A stretch of DNA of 64,000 nt from Thermoplasmata archaeon. Lineage in GTDB: Archaea; Thermoplasmatota; Thermoplasmata; Sysuiplasmatales; Sysuiplasmataceae. Both the position numbers and the translations under genes were made by a program. Location: contig JAJZXY010000007.1 in assembly GCA_021806165.1 (NCBI GenBank), forward strand, positions 15,059 to 79,058, read 5' to 3'. Of this stretch, positions 19,389 through 27,892 are shown one piece after another (positions within the stretch are counted from its first letter, which is position 1; each line of letters opens with the position of its first letter). Under the pieces are notes generated by a model that had not been told where the DNA came from, ran no database searches, and was given only the letters and a program-made list of their open reading frames with translations.

Positions 19389-20490
19389 TCCTTCCACCCC
19401 CTGCGTAAATCCTGTGTGGGGAGGATTCCTGCCCTGTCTTTCCCCCCACTCCAGCCCCGCCAGGCCTCCTGAGCGGCTGCGCACCCAGAGGCGATACTGC
19501 CTTCTGCCCGCTCCTTGCAGCGGTACCCGCAGCCCTTTCAAGGAGGAATCTGCCGTGCCTGCTTCCTGCATCGAATGCGCCTGCATAGCGCGACCGCCTG
19601 CCGCTCACCGGTGCTGCTGTCTTCCCGCCTGACGCGGCGCGGCGGAAGGGTGATGTGAAGAAGCCCGCGGCATAGGTGGCGGCACCCATCGATATTACGG
19701 AGGCTGCGCCCGCGACCGCAGCAAATGACGGCAAACCCAGGAACTGCATCACCCTCGCACCGCCGGGTGAGATTATGAATGGCATGATGAGAGGCAGAAT
19801 GTAGGTGCCGGCTATGACAAGGGACGGAACCTGCAGCGAGCTGAAGGTGGAATATGAGGTTGCTATTGCGATCCTGAAACCCACCGCCATGAAAAAGGGG
19901 AGGAATGCCATTTCAAGGAAGAAAGAGAACATCTTCCGGGAGAATGATCTCGTGGCGCCGAAAACATCGCAGAGGAGCAGCAGCGGCATTATCGCTGCGG
20001 TGAAGAATACGAGGAGGACCCTGACAATCAGGACAAGGTAGAGCAGCATTGTAACAATCCCAAGCAGCAGGAGAGCGCCTATGCTGAAACCTCCCAGTTT
20101 TGCCGCGATGGATGAGGAATAAGTGGCAAGCTCACTGTATGGGAGGACGAAAGAGGTCATTGCATCGTTGATGTCCAGAACCAGCTGTGCGAAATAGAGG
20201 GTGAAGGGCATGAGCACGATTGCCACAAGCAGCCTGCTGAGCGTCCTTGACGTCCCTCCCCTGCCATGTATCGGTATGCCCGTGAAGAGCGAGTAGGCAA
20301 CCAGGACAACCGCCACCGCGAGAAGCGATTCGGAAATGAAAAGGACTGCTTCCCATGCACTGAGAGTCCCGGTGGTGAACAGGTTGGTCGAGACAGCCAT
20401 TGCAGGCACGATCGCCCTGAGGACGGCCAGTATTGCGCTTCTGAAGAGGCCGTCGAAGGTCTGGACCACGATTGTTCCAATTCCCGCCAC
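19381..20490 (-). CDS. VirB6/CedA-like polytopic membrane protein
   Basis: About six TM segments; L..LL.AI.L.PFT.YF.Q..LD.NDA and LYLVLIVRVLLVFF.AAIMPL..L motifs; basic low-complexity tail; GTG start with SD GAGGTG. Confidence 0.75.
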   Translation of the reverse strand: MAGIGTIVVQTFDGLFRSAILAVLRAIVPAMAVSTNLFTTGTLSAWEAVLFISESLLAVAVVLVAYSLFTGIPIHGRGGTSRTLSRLLVAIVLMPFTLYFAQLVLDINDAMTSFVLPYSELATYSSSIAAKLGGFSIGALLLLGIVTMLLYLVLIVRVLLVFFTAAIMPLLLLCDVFGATRSFSRKMFSFFLEMAFLPFFMAVGFRIAIATSYSTFSSLQVPSLVIAGTYILPLIMPFIISPGGARVMQFLGLPSFAAVAGAASVISMGAATYAAGFFTSPFRRAASGGKTAAPVSGRRSRYAGAFDAGSRHGRFLLERAAGTAARSGQKAVSPLGAQPLRRPGGAGVGGKTGQESSPHRIYAGGGRNG

Positions 20491-20499
20491 AGTTTCACC

Positions 20500-20601
20500 T
20501 CACGGCTGCAGCCTCTCCTCCACGAAGACAGCGGCCCTGTAAATGGCGGCTGCAAGGAGGGAGGCTACTGCGGCGACTTCAAGCAGCGACTGGAAATCCA
20601 T
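20500..20601 (-). CDS. 33-aa single-TM peptide absent from the ORF track
   Basis: MDFQSLLEVAAVASLLAAAIYRAAVFVEERLQP*. ATG overlaps the pilin stop (TGATG); the stop overlaps the SD of the next gene. Confidence 0.6.
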   Translation of the reverse strand: MDFQSLLEVAAVASLLAAAIYRAAVFVEERLQP

Positions 20602-20948
20602 CAGACCACCAGCGACTGCGCCAGCTGCACAAGGAATGTCGAGACAAATAGAAGGAATATTCCAAATGTGACATCCATGAAATACCTCCTTGCCTTCGAC
20701 CGCTGTTCAGGATTGCCCGTGCTTGTCATCCACATGTATGCAGTCACAACATAGCCAATTGCTGCGATGACTGTGCCGATGGCAACGAGCAGATTCCTCA
20801 CGTTCGTCAGCGTTCCCACAAGCTCCTCCTGCGGCGTTGCAGCAGACGCAAGCCCTGCAGCGGCAACAAGTATTGCCGGCAGGAGGAGCGCTGCAATGCA
20901 CACTGTTGAGGCCCTAACTCTCCCCTTTCCCGCTCCTGAACCAGACAT
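20601..20948 (-). CDS. VirB2/TrbC-like pilin precursor
   Basis: Signal peptide ending LASA|A, then amphipathic helix, TM1 (LLVAIGTVIAAIGYVVTAY), basic loop (TGNPEQRSKARR) and TM2 (VTFGIFLLFVSTFLV). Confidence 0.8.
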   Translation of the reverse strand: MSGSGAGKGRVRASTVCIAALLLPAILVAAAGLASAATPQEELVGTLTNVRNLLVAIGTVIAAIGYVVTAYMWMTSTGNPEQRSKARRYFMDVTFGIFLLFVSTFLVQLAQSLVV

Positions 20949-21113
20949 TTACTAACACCTTCGATGGCCGGGCACCGGCTCTGCCGGTTCACAGCCGTCA
21001 GGTAAAGATGAGCGGCGGAACTCACTCAAAAGGCTGACTGATACATGTAACATGTTAACAGCACTGGAGGGGTGAAAACTGTTTAATCGGGCACATCATT
21101 CTGTGGCATCTGC

Positions 21114-21938
21114 ATGCAGCTTGAAATAAGGAAATTCGGGAAGGATGACATACCATTTGCAATCGGCATAACCGACAGGGAGGGATGGTACCTGACTGAA
21201 TACGACCTCTCATTCTACACTGGCGGCGGAGGAACGGGTGTGGTGGCACTCCTGGATGGGGAAAGGATTGGCATGGCAACCGCAGCAATATACGAGCGCT
21301 CTGCGTGGATAGGGAATGTTGTGGTTGACGCCGGACTCAGGGGATCGGGCTCCGGAAGGTCGATTGTTGAGGATCTGATGGAACGCCTGAAGGTTGCGGG
21401 TGCTGATACTGTACTGCTCTATGCGTACGACAGGAGCAGGACCCTTTACGAGAGAATGGGATTCAAGTTCGACAGCGTCCTCTGGGAGGTGACGGCAGAC
21501 ATCCCCCGTGGGGCCGGGGGAAGGTTCAGGCGGGGACTGACTGAAGGGGTGTATGCCCTGGACGCAGCGGTATTCCATGCCTCCCGGAGGAGTGTGCTGG
21601 ACCATGTTTCAGGCAGGGAGGGGTGCATCGTCCTGTCATCCGGAGCAGACGGCACTGATGCATTCCTCCTCTGCAGTCCAGGCGGTGCCGAATACGGTAC
21701 AGAGGTTGCACCCTTCATAGCCGACGGCGCATCAGTCCGTCAAATGCTTTCAGCTCTCGGCGGCATGCCCGGGCCGCTGCACTTGTATGTCCCGGAGGGG
21801 AATATAAGAACCCTGGAGCGTGAGGGGCTGGGATGCAGGCTGGTGCGAAGGATACACAGGGGGTACATCGGGGATGCGGCTCTGCTGCCTTCCCTCGGAG
21901 AAAATGTCATCTCCGCAGGTTTCCTCGAGTCGGGATGA
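21114..21938 (+). CDS. GNAT family N-acetyltransferase (two-domain)
   Basis: AWIGNVVVDAGLRGSGSGR acetyl-CoA motif, LYERMGF; second GNAT-like half begins V.ALDAAVFHASRRSVL. Confidence 0.9.
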   Translation: MQLEIRKFGKDDIPFAIGITDREGWYLTEYDLSFYTGGGGTGVVALLDGERIGMATAAIYERSAWIGNVVVDAGLRGSGSGRSIVEDLMERLKVAGADTVLLYAYDRSRTLYERMGFKFDSVLWEVTADIPRGAGGRFRRGLTEGVYALDAAVFHASRRSVLDHVSGREGCIVLSSGADGTDAFLLCSPGGAEYGTEVAPFIADGASVRQMLSALGGMPGPLHLYVPEGNIRTLEREGLGCRLVRRIHRGYIGDAALLPSLGENVISAGFLESG

Positions 21939-21998
21939 CGCCCATATGAGAAAATTTATTACTCTGTAGCATTAGAGAGGGGATGGGGTCAGTCTTCC

Positions 21999-23213
21999 GT
22001 GACCGTCTGGATTCACAATACATTGACACAAAAGAAGGATGAGGTCAGGGGAAGGGGTCTGGACCCGATGCACATAAACATGTATGTGTGCGGTCCGACA
22101 GTTTATGACTCGCCCCATCTTGGCCATGCGAGGAGTTATATCTTCTTTGATACTCTGAGGAGGACTCTGCTTCTAGATTCGTACACCGTGAAATACATAC
22201 AAAACTTCTCAGACATTGATGAAAAGATAGATCTCAGGGCGGTACAGGAGAATGTAATCCCCTCTGTAATCTCTGAACGGTACAGGGCTGAGTTCCTTGG
22301 TGACATGGATGCACTCAATGTGCTACGGTCGGATGTATACACTAGTGCGTCGCACATAAAGGGGTTTATGCACCGGGTAACTGGTATCCTGCTGAGGAAG
22401 GGAGTATGCTACAGGGCTGGGGACAACATCTATTTCGACGCGGCGTCCGGAGGAGGTTTCGGCAGCCTCCTCCACGACAGCCTGGACAATCTTGTTGCCG
22501 GAAATGAGGCAGACACATTCAGGTTCGACAAGAGGGACAAGCAGGATTTTGTCATCTGGCTTGGTGACTACAGGGATGATTCGGTTGAGGAGTCGGAAGG
22601 CAGGCCGTCGTGGAATCTCGAATGCTTCAGCATCGTGCACAGGCAGGTCGGATGTGAGCTCGACATACAGGGCGGCGGTCTGGACCTGATATTCCCGCAC
22701 CACGAGGTTGCCTCGGTCATATCAAAGTCATACTGCGGTGTCGAATTTGCCAATTACTACATTCATAATGCATTCGTCACCTCAAGGCAGGACAAGATGT
22801 CGAAATCCACGCAGAACTATGTCGCACTCACGGGACTTCTGGAAAAATACGGCGCTGATGCAATACGCATGTATCTGCTCTCCTCACACTTCATGGAGGG
22901 GATTGAGTACGATGAGGAAGAGCTCGCACGCTGGAAGGATGTAAGTCTGACGGTTTCGTCGAAGCTTGAAGGTGCGGGCATACTGGGCGGTGACCGAACG
23001 TATGCACCGCACTCCGGCGTCCCCGGCGGGGGAGCCTCGGGACTCATGGACGCGCTGAGGGATGACATGCACACTGAGAAGGCGCTAGATCTCTTTGTTG
23101 AGATGGCTGACGGATACCCGGGCAACGGCGCTGCGCCGGATGAGCTGAAGTTTGCCTGCACCGCACTCGGTCTGTTCGGCTTCACCCCCGCGGCTCCGGG
23201 CAGTCATAGCTGA
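21999..23213 (+). CDS. CysRS-like class I ligase lacking the anticodon domain (MshC-like features)
   Basis: YVCGPTVYDSPHLGH (HIGH), KMSKS, LEC, DIQGGGLDLIFPHHEVA; 404 aa, ending right after the DDMHTEKAL...LGL helix. Confidence 0.8.
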   Translation: MTVWIHNTLTQKKDEVRGRGLDPMHINMYVCGPTVYDSPHLGHARSYIFFDTLRRTLLLDSYTVKYIQNFSDIDEKIDLRAVQENVIPSVISERYRAEFLGDMDALNVLRSDVYTSASHIKGFMHRVTGILLRKGVCYRAGDNIYFDAASGGGFGSLLHDSLDNLVAGNEADTFRFDKRDKQDFVIWLGDYRDDSVEESEGRPSWNLECFSIVHRQVGCELDIQGGGLDLIFPHHEVASVISKSYCGVEFANYYIHNAFVTSRQDKMSKSTQNYVALTGLLEKYGADAIRMYLLSSHFMEGIEYDEEELARWKDVSLTVSSKLEGAGILGGDRTYAPHSGVPGGGASGLMDALRDDMHTEKALDLFVEMADGYPGNGAAPDELKFACTALGLFGFTPAAPGSHS

Positions 23214-23800
23214 TCCTGCTGCACCTCCACCGCCGATGCGCTGCACGTCCGCTCTATCAGGGCCGACTCGCGCTGCGTCAGAGCAACAGAGTCGACAAAG
23301 ACGACCATTGTGGCTGAGTGGTGGACCGCCAGATCTGAAAGCTGGCCGAGCATCTTGAGCACCGAGTTGAAATCATTTTCCAGCACAAGGTATTCGATGC
23401 CTTCCAGGAAGATGGCGGTTCCGGGAGAGTTTTCTATGAAATTCTTGACAATTGACACAATCCTCCCGAGGGAGGAGGGGGAAATCCTCTTCTCGCCGAC
23501 AAGGCCGGTAAGCCAGTAGATGTCCGAGCATCCCAGTGAAAGGGGAAAGGAGAGCTTGTCCGGGAATGTCCTTGTTATTGAGAGCAGCCTGGCGCCGCCA
23601 GGGACGTACCGCTCAAACACTGCGAGAGCATCCTCTGCCCCCTTCCCCCTTACGAGGAAAACGTCTCCTGGCACGCCATCCCTGCCTAGTGGATGTGAGC
23701 CCTGACTTCCGGCAGCAATTGCAACCATCCCATACGCCATCCTGATGCTCAGAACAGCCTGACTGTTAGAGTGTCCCGTTCCTGCTACTGCCTGACGCAT
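23204..23800 (-). CDS. DUF835 domain protein
   Basis: LSITRTFP...YWLT...ISPSSL..I......F......AIFLEGIEYLVLENDFNSVLKML..L.D. Confidence 0.85.
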   Translation of the reverse strand: MRQAVAGTGHSNSQAVLSIRMAYGMVAIAAGSQGSHPLGRDGVPGDVFLVRGKGAEDALAVFERYVPGGARLLSITRTFPDKLSFPLSLGCSDIYWLTGLVGEKRISPSSLGRIVSIVKNFIENSPGTAIFLEGIEYLVLENDFNSVLKMLGQLSDLAVHHSATMVVFVDSVALTQRESALIERTCSASAVEVQQDQL

Positions 23801-23844
23801 ATAAGGCAGATACAGCGTGATTATCCGGATTGATAATCTGTAGA

Positions 23845-25134
23845 CTAGAGCTCGCGCCTGAAGGAGGAGATGCCGGCAAACTTGATGCCGGGCTCCCTCT
23901 GCTCGATTTCCAGCAGCCTGTTATACTTGGCTGCCCTCTCGCCTCTGGCTGGCGCACCTGTCTTGATCTGACCGTTGCCCAGACCGACGGCCATGTCCGC
24001 GATGAACGTGTCGGTGGTCTCACCCGACCTGTGGCTGACAACCGCACTCATCCCAGAACCCATGGTCAGTAGAGAGCTTTCCAGCGTCTCGGTCACGCTT
24101 CCTATCTGGTTCAGCTTGATCAGGACGGCGTTCGACGACTTCATTTCTATCCCCCTGGAAATTCTGGCCACGTTGGTGACGTAGATGTCGTCACCGATAA
24201 CCTGCACCTTCCCCCCAGTCCTGGCCGTGAATGAGGCAAAGTCGGCGAACGACTCCTCGTCGAATGGATCCTCAATCGATATCAGCGGGAAAGAATTTGC
24301 CAGCTCCATATAGTAATCTGAGAGCTCACCCGCGGAGAATCGCCTGCCGTCAAGCGCGTAGCTTCCGTCGCGGTAGAATTCAGAGGCGGCTGCATCGATG
24401 GCCATGAATACCTCCTTTCCAGGCGAATAGCCGGCAGCCGACACGGCCTCATGAATTGCTGAAAGCGCCTCGGCAGTGCTCTTCATCGGCGGTGCAAAAC
24501 CACCCTCATCCCCCACGTTTGTGGCGGAGGGGGGATATTTTGACTTCAGCCTTCCCTTGAGCGTCTGGTATATCTCGGCCGCAGCCCTCAGCGCTTCCGA
24601 GAACGTTGGAAGACCTGCTGGCACTATCAGGAACTCCTGGACGGCCAGATCGCCTCCGGCGTGGACGCCTCCGTTGATGATGTTCAGCAGCGGCACTGGG
24701 AGAATGGGATTCCGTCCAGGAGAGCCGGCAAAGTGTGCATACAGCTCCTTCCCTGCTGAAATGGCGGCGAGCCTGGCTGCGGCCATCGAGGCGCCGAGTA
24801 CTGCATTGGCCCCCAGGTTGGACTTGTTGGGAGTCCCGTCAAGGGCAATCATCGCCTCATCAATTCCCTTCTGGTCCGCCGAATCCATCCCCTTGAGCTT
24901 CTCTGCTATTCTTGTATTGACATTGCTGACAGCCTTCATTACTCCTTTACCGCCGTACATGCTCCCGCCGTCGCGGAGCTCCAGTGCCTCGTGCTTCCCG
25001 GTGCTCGCACCTGACGGAACTGACGCACTGACGGTGCTCACGCCGTCTGACATGAACACCCTTACGGTCGGGTTTCCCCTTGAATCAAGTATCTGCAAGC
25101 CCTTAACTTCAGCTATAATTCCTCTTCCCTGCAT
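23845..25134 (-). CDS. eno: Enolase
   Basis: ILDSRGNPTV, VPSGASTG..EALELRD, VGDEGGFAP, VSHRSGET, GQIKTG. Confidence 0.99.
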   Translation of the reverse strand: MQGRGIIAEVKGLQILDSRGNPTVRVFMSDGVSTVSASVPSGASTGKHEALELRDGGSMYGGKGVMKAVSNVNTRIAEKLKGMDSADQKGIDEAMIALDGTPNKSNLGANAVLGASMAAARLAAISAGKELYAHFAGSPGRNPILPVPLLNIINGGVHAGGDLAVQEFLIVPAGLPTFSEALRAAAEIYQTLKGRLKSKYPPSATNVGDEGGFAPPMKSTAEALSAIHEAVSAAGYSPGKEVFMAIDAAASEFYRDGSYALDGRRFSAGELSDYYMELANSFPLISIEDPFDEESFADFASFTARTGGKVQVIGDDIYVTNVARISRGIEMKSSNAVLIKLNQIGSVTETLESSLLTMGSGMSAVVSHRSGETTDTFIADMAVGLGNGQIKTGAPARGERAAKYNRLLEIEQREPGIKFAGISSFRREL

Positions 25135-25238
25135 ATTCAGACCACATTCCATCGAGGCATCCTGCAGATGTCTCCGCCTCCAGCTATATAGTGCTCGCTA
25201 TTAGCAGTTTGGGAATGCAACAGGTTGTGGCAGGTCAC

Positions 25239-25544
25239 TCATTTTTTCATTGCCTTCTTCCTGCGCTCCTTTGAGGAGTAGCCCGTGACCCTGAGGAGGA
25301 ACCTATTGTACCTGGCAATCGTTTCGGCCGCCTCTTCGTTGGAGACGTCCGACCTGCTCTTTGTATCAACACATACCTTCTTCCTCTCGCTCAGCCAGCA
25401 TTCAAGACTCGTGATTCCGCCATAGGCAGTAAAAAGGTGCCCATCGCTCTCATCGCACTTTCCAAATTCCTCATTCAGCGCATCCCTTAGCGTCTCAAGA
25501 GTTATCGAACTCTTGAGCTGCCTCTTCACATCATATTCCTGCAA
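25239..25544 (-). CDS. DUF5611-like small conserved archaeal protein
   Basis: (M)QEYDVKR...YG.I..LE...........YN.FL..VTGYSSKERRKKAMKK; TTG start at 25544. Confidence 0.7.
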   Translation of the reverse strand: MQEYDVKRQLKSSITLETLRDALNEEFGKCDESDGHLFTAYGGITSLECWLSERKKVCVDTKSRSDVSNEEAAETIARYNRFLLRVTGYSSKERRKKAMKK

Positions 25545-26628
25545 CTCCAACACCCCTTTCCGCAATTCTCTTCCTGTAGTCGACGGCAAAAAAAGGCTGG
25601 GAGAGGGAGGAGAGGCGCATCTCGGCCTCCCACACCCGCCTGCAGCCGCAGTCTAGAGACTCCAGCGTCTCCAGCCTCCTGTGCCTCGAATAATCCGCAA
25701 TGCCCTTCATGACGGCGGTGTCGCACCTGCCGCAGTTGTGCGCCCCTCTTACTGTCCCCGCGCCGGTGGGCTTGCTGAGCACCCTCTTGTCTAGTGAATG
25801 TGTCCTCTTCAGCACCTCGACAACGCTCCACAGCCATGGCGGACGGAAGTTGCCCTTTCTCCACATCAGCTCCACGACGGTGTCCTTCTGTATGTTGGTG
25901 GGATTCACCGATATCGAGTAGGTATGCTGTGATATTTCGGTTGCCGTCCGGACAGCATCGTTCACGGCGTCCCCCTCGGACATGAAGGGGGGCTTGAGCA
26001 TCAGGTAGCTCTTGATCCTGAATCCAATGTCCGAGGCGAGTTTAGTGGTCTTCAGGAAGTGGGCGTAATTGGAGGGTTTGTTGACGGAATAGTTGAGAAC
26101 AGCGTCATTGGAGCTCTCCAGACCAACTGCAAGGACAAGCTTGTCCCTGAAGGCGGATATGCTTTCAAGATTCTGCCTTGTGATATACTCGTGCCTTGTC
26201 TCCACCACTATCTCGTCAACCCTCGGATAAAGGTCGGAGAGTATCCTGAGTCTCAGCCCGTGGGATATCTCGAATGTGTCAAGGAAGGAGCCTGAAGTGT
26301 AAATCTTGACAATGCGCTGCTCACTGAGGGCGGAGACAGCCTTCCCGTACTGAACCCAGATGCTTTCGTCGGTGGCTCCGCTCGCCGAGTCGTTTGTATA
26401 GCCGCACATGCTGCATCCTGACCTGAGTGCCCATGAACATCCCTTGGTTGCAAGAATCATGACGAGAGCGGAGCAGTCACTGCCATTGTGAGTCTCCTCC
26501 TCCGTCCACGAAGAAACGTAGCTGTACGGGTCGAGGTCCTTCATCGCCCTGGCGCGCTCGGTGGATGCCGCCTCCCTGATGCTCCTTAGCAGAGGCTGCG
26601 AAAGATGGGGTGCTGTTGTAACGGCCAC
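25531..26628 (-). CDS. raSEA: Radical SAM enzyme for archaeosine synthesis (RaSEA)
   Basis: TKGCSWALRSGCSMCGY, KIYTSGSFLD, LAVGLES, YLMLKPPF, PPWLWS, GAHNCG.CD. Confidence 0.9.
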   Translation of the reverse strand: MAVTTAPHLSQPLLRSIREAASTERARAMKDLDPYSYVSSWTEEETHNGSDCSALVMILATKGCSWALRSGCSMCGYTNDSASGATDESIWVQYGKAVSALSEQRIVKIYTSGSFLDTFEISHGLRLRILSDLYPRVDEIVVETRHEYITRQNLESISAFRDKLVLAVGLESSNDAVLNYSVNKPSNYAHFLKTTKLASDIGFRIKSYLMLKPPFMSEGDAVNDAVRTATEISQHTYSISVNPTNIQKDTVVELMWRKGNFRPPWLWSVVEVLKRTHSLDKRVLSKPTGAGTVRGAHNCGRCDTAVMKGIADYSRHRRLETLESLDCGCRRVWEAEMRLSSLSQPFFAVDYRKRIAERGVGVAGI

Positions 26629-26739
26629 GTTGTTGCACTAACCGTGCCCCGCTAATAAACCTAACCTGCTCACCGCACTGGCCGTGCGTGGAACATCAGC
26701 CCTCCCTGATATGTATTATATGGACGTTAGGACTCAGCA

Positions 26740-27795
26740 GTGTCGATGAACGCTTTTGAGAAGGCGGAGTTCATAGCGGCACAGTCGCAGGAGGTTGTGA
26801 CAATGGATGAGCTTGTCCACATCCTCGAGACCAGGGAGAGACCGAAGGCATACATTGGATTCGAGCCCTCCGGCTACCTCCACATAGGAAGCCTCCTTGT
26901 CCCGTCAAGGATGGTAAATTCACTGCTCGACTGCGGATTTTCGGTAACAATCCTGCTCGCTGACTGGCATGCGCTCATAAATGACAAGCTCGGTGGCAAT
27001 ATGGAGAAGATCAGGGCATGCGGCGACTACATGGCCGATGCGTTCAGCTTCATGGCCGGAAACAGGGAAGGGCTGGAGTTCAAGTTTGCGACCGACCTCA
27101 TATCGGAGACTGACTACTGGACTGATCTCATCAAAAATGCAAAGTGTGCGACACTGCAGAGGCTGAAGAGGGCAATGACAATCATGGGCAGAAATGAGGA
27201 CGAGGCAGAGCTTGACTCATCGAAACTCCTCTACCCGCTTATGCAGGTAACGGACATATTCAGGCTTGGGGTCGATGTCGCATACGCAGGCATGGACCAG
27301 CGGAAGGCGCACATGCTCGCAAGGGAGGTGGCGGAGGCATCGGGCAGGCGGAAGCCCGTGGCAGTCCACACCCCGCTGCTTTCGAGCCTCAAGAGCAGCA
27401 GCAGGATGGATGCCGCAATATCCAAGATGTCAAAGAGCGATCCAGGCTCTTCCATTTATGTGCATGACGATGAAGCTACGATAGCTGCGAAAATGAAGGG
27501 TGCCTTCTGCCCGAAGGAGACGGAGGGGAATCCGGTAACCGACATCTGCAGGTATATCATATTCCCTTACAGCGGCCACCTTGAGATCAGAAGGAGCACA
27601 AAGTACGGCGGTAACCTGGATTTCAAATCATACGGTGAACTGGAGAAGGTGTATTCGGAGGGCACCCTTCACCCCATGGACCTCAAGTCGGGGGTTGCCT
27701 CGGCACTGTGGCAGCTGCTCAAGCCTCTGAACAAGCATTATGCCGACAGCCCGGCGCTGCTCGAGTGGATGAGCGGTGCGGCTGTCACCAGGTAA
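26740..27795 (+). CDS. tyrS: Tyrosine-tRNA ligase (archaeal type)
   Basis: AYIGFEPSG.LHIG, LYPLMQVTD, GMDQRKAHMLARE, KMSKS, LHPMDLK. Confidence 0.97.
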   Translation: MSMNAFEKAEFIAAQSQEVVTMDELVHILETRERPKAYIGFEPSGYLHIGSLLVPSRMVNSLLDCGFSVTILLADWHALINDKLGGNMEKIRACGDYMADAFSFMAGNREGLEFKFATDLISETDYWTDLIKNAKCATLQRLKRAMTIMGRNEDEAELDSSKLLYPLMQVTDIFRLGVDVAYAGMDQRKAHMLAREVAEASGRRKPVAVHTPLLSSLKSSSRMDAAISKMSKSDPGSSIYVHDDEATIAAKMKGAFCPKETEGNPVTDICRYIIFPYSGHLEIRRSTKYGGNLDFKSYGELEKVYSEGTLHPMDLKSGVASALWQLLKPLNKHYADSPALLEWMSGAAVTR

Positions 27796-27842
27796 AAGCC
27801 AGAGCCCGGGCCTGGAGCGGGTCTGCTCTGCATTCGCATAGA

Positions 27843-27850
27843 TATTTAAA
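27843..27850 (+). promoter_or_regulatory. TATA box of the pnt operon
   Basis: TATTTAAA 42 nt upstream of ATG 27893. Confidence 0.5.
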
Positions 27851-27892
27851 CCCTGAAAGTTTCGCGTCCCCCGTTGGCTGGTGAAACGAGGC

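Noticed and set aside
19389-19586. Apparent 206-nt overlap of the PrgI-like and VirB6-like ORFs
   Set aside because: Artifact of taking the longest ORF; PrgI-like sequence begins near 19388-19397 with an SD there.
14996-20948. Interpretation as an integrated conjugative plasmid or provirus
   Set aside because: No integrase, relaxase, replication gene, tRNA target or flanking direct repeats seen; composition looks like the flanks. Not fully excluded without comparative genomes.
21999-23213. Plain annotation as canonical cysS
   Set aside because: Lacks the anticodon domain and several conserved CysRS residues (WH, DIH, ENE), so no gene symbol was assigned.
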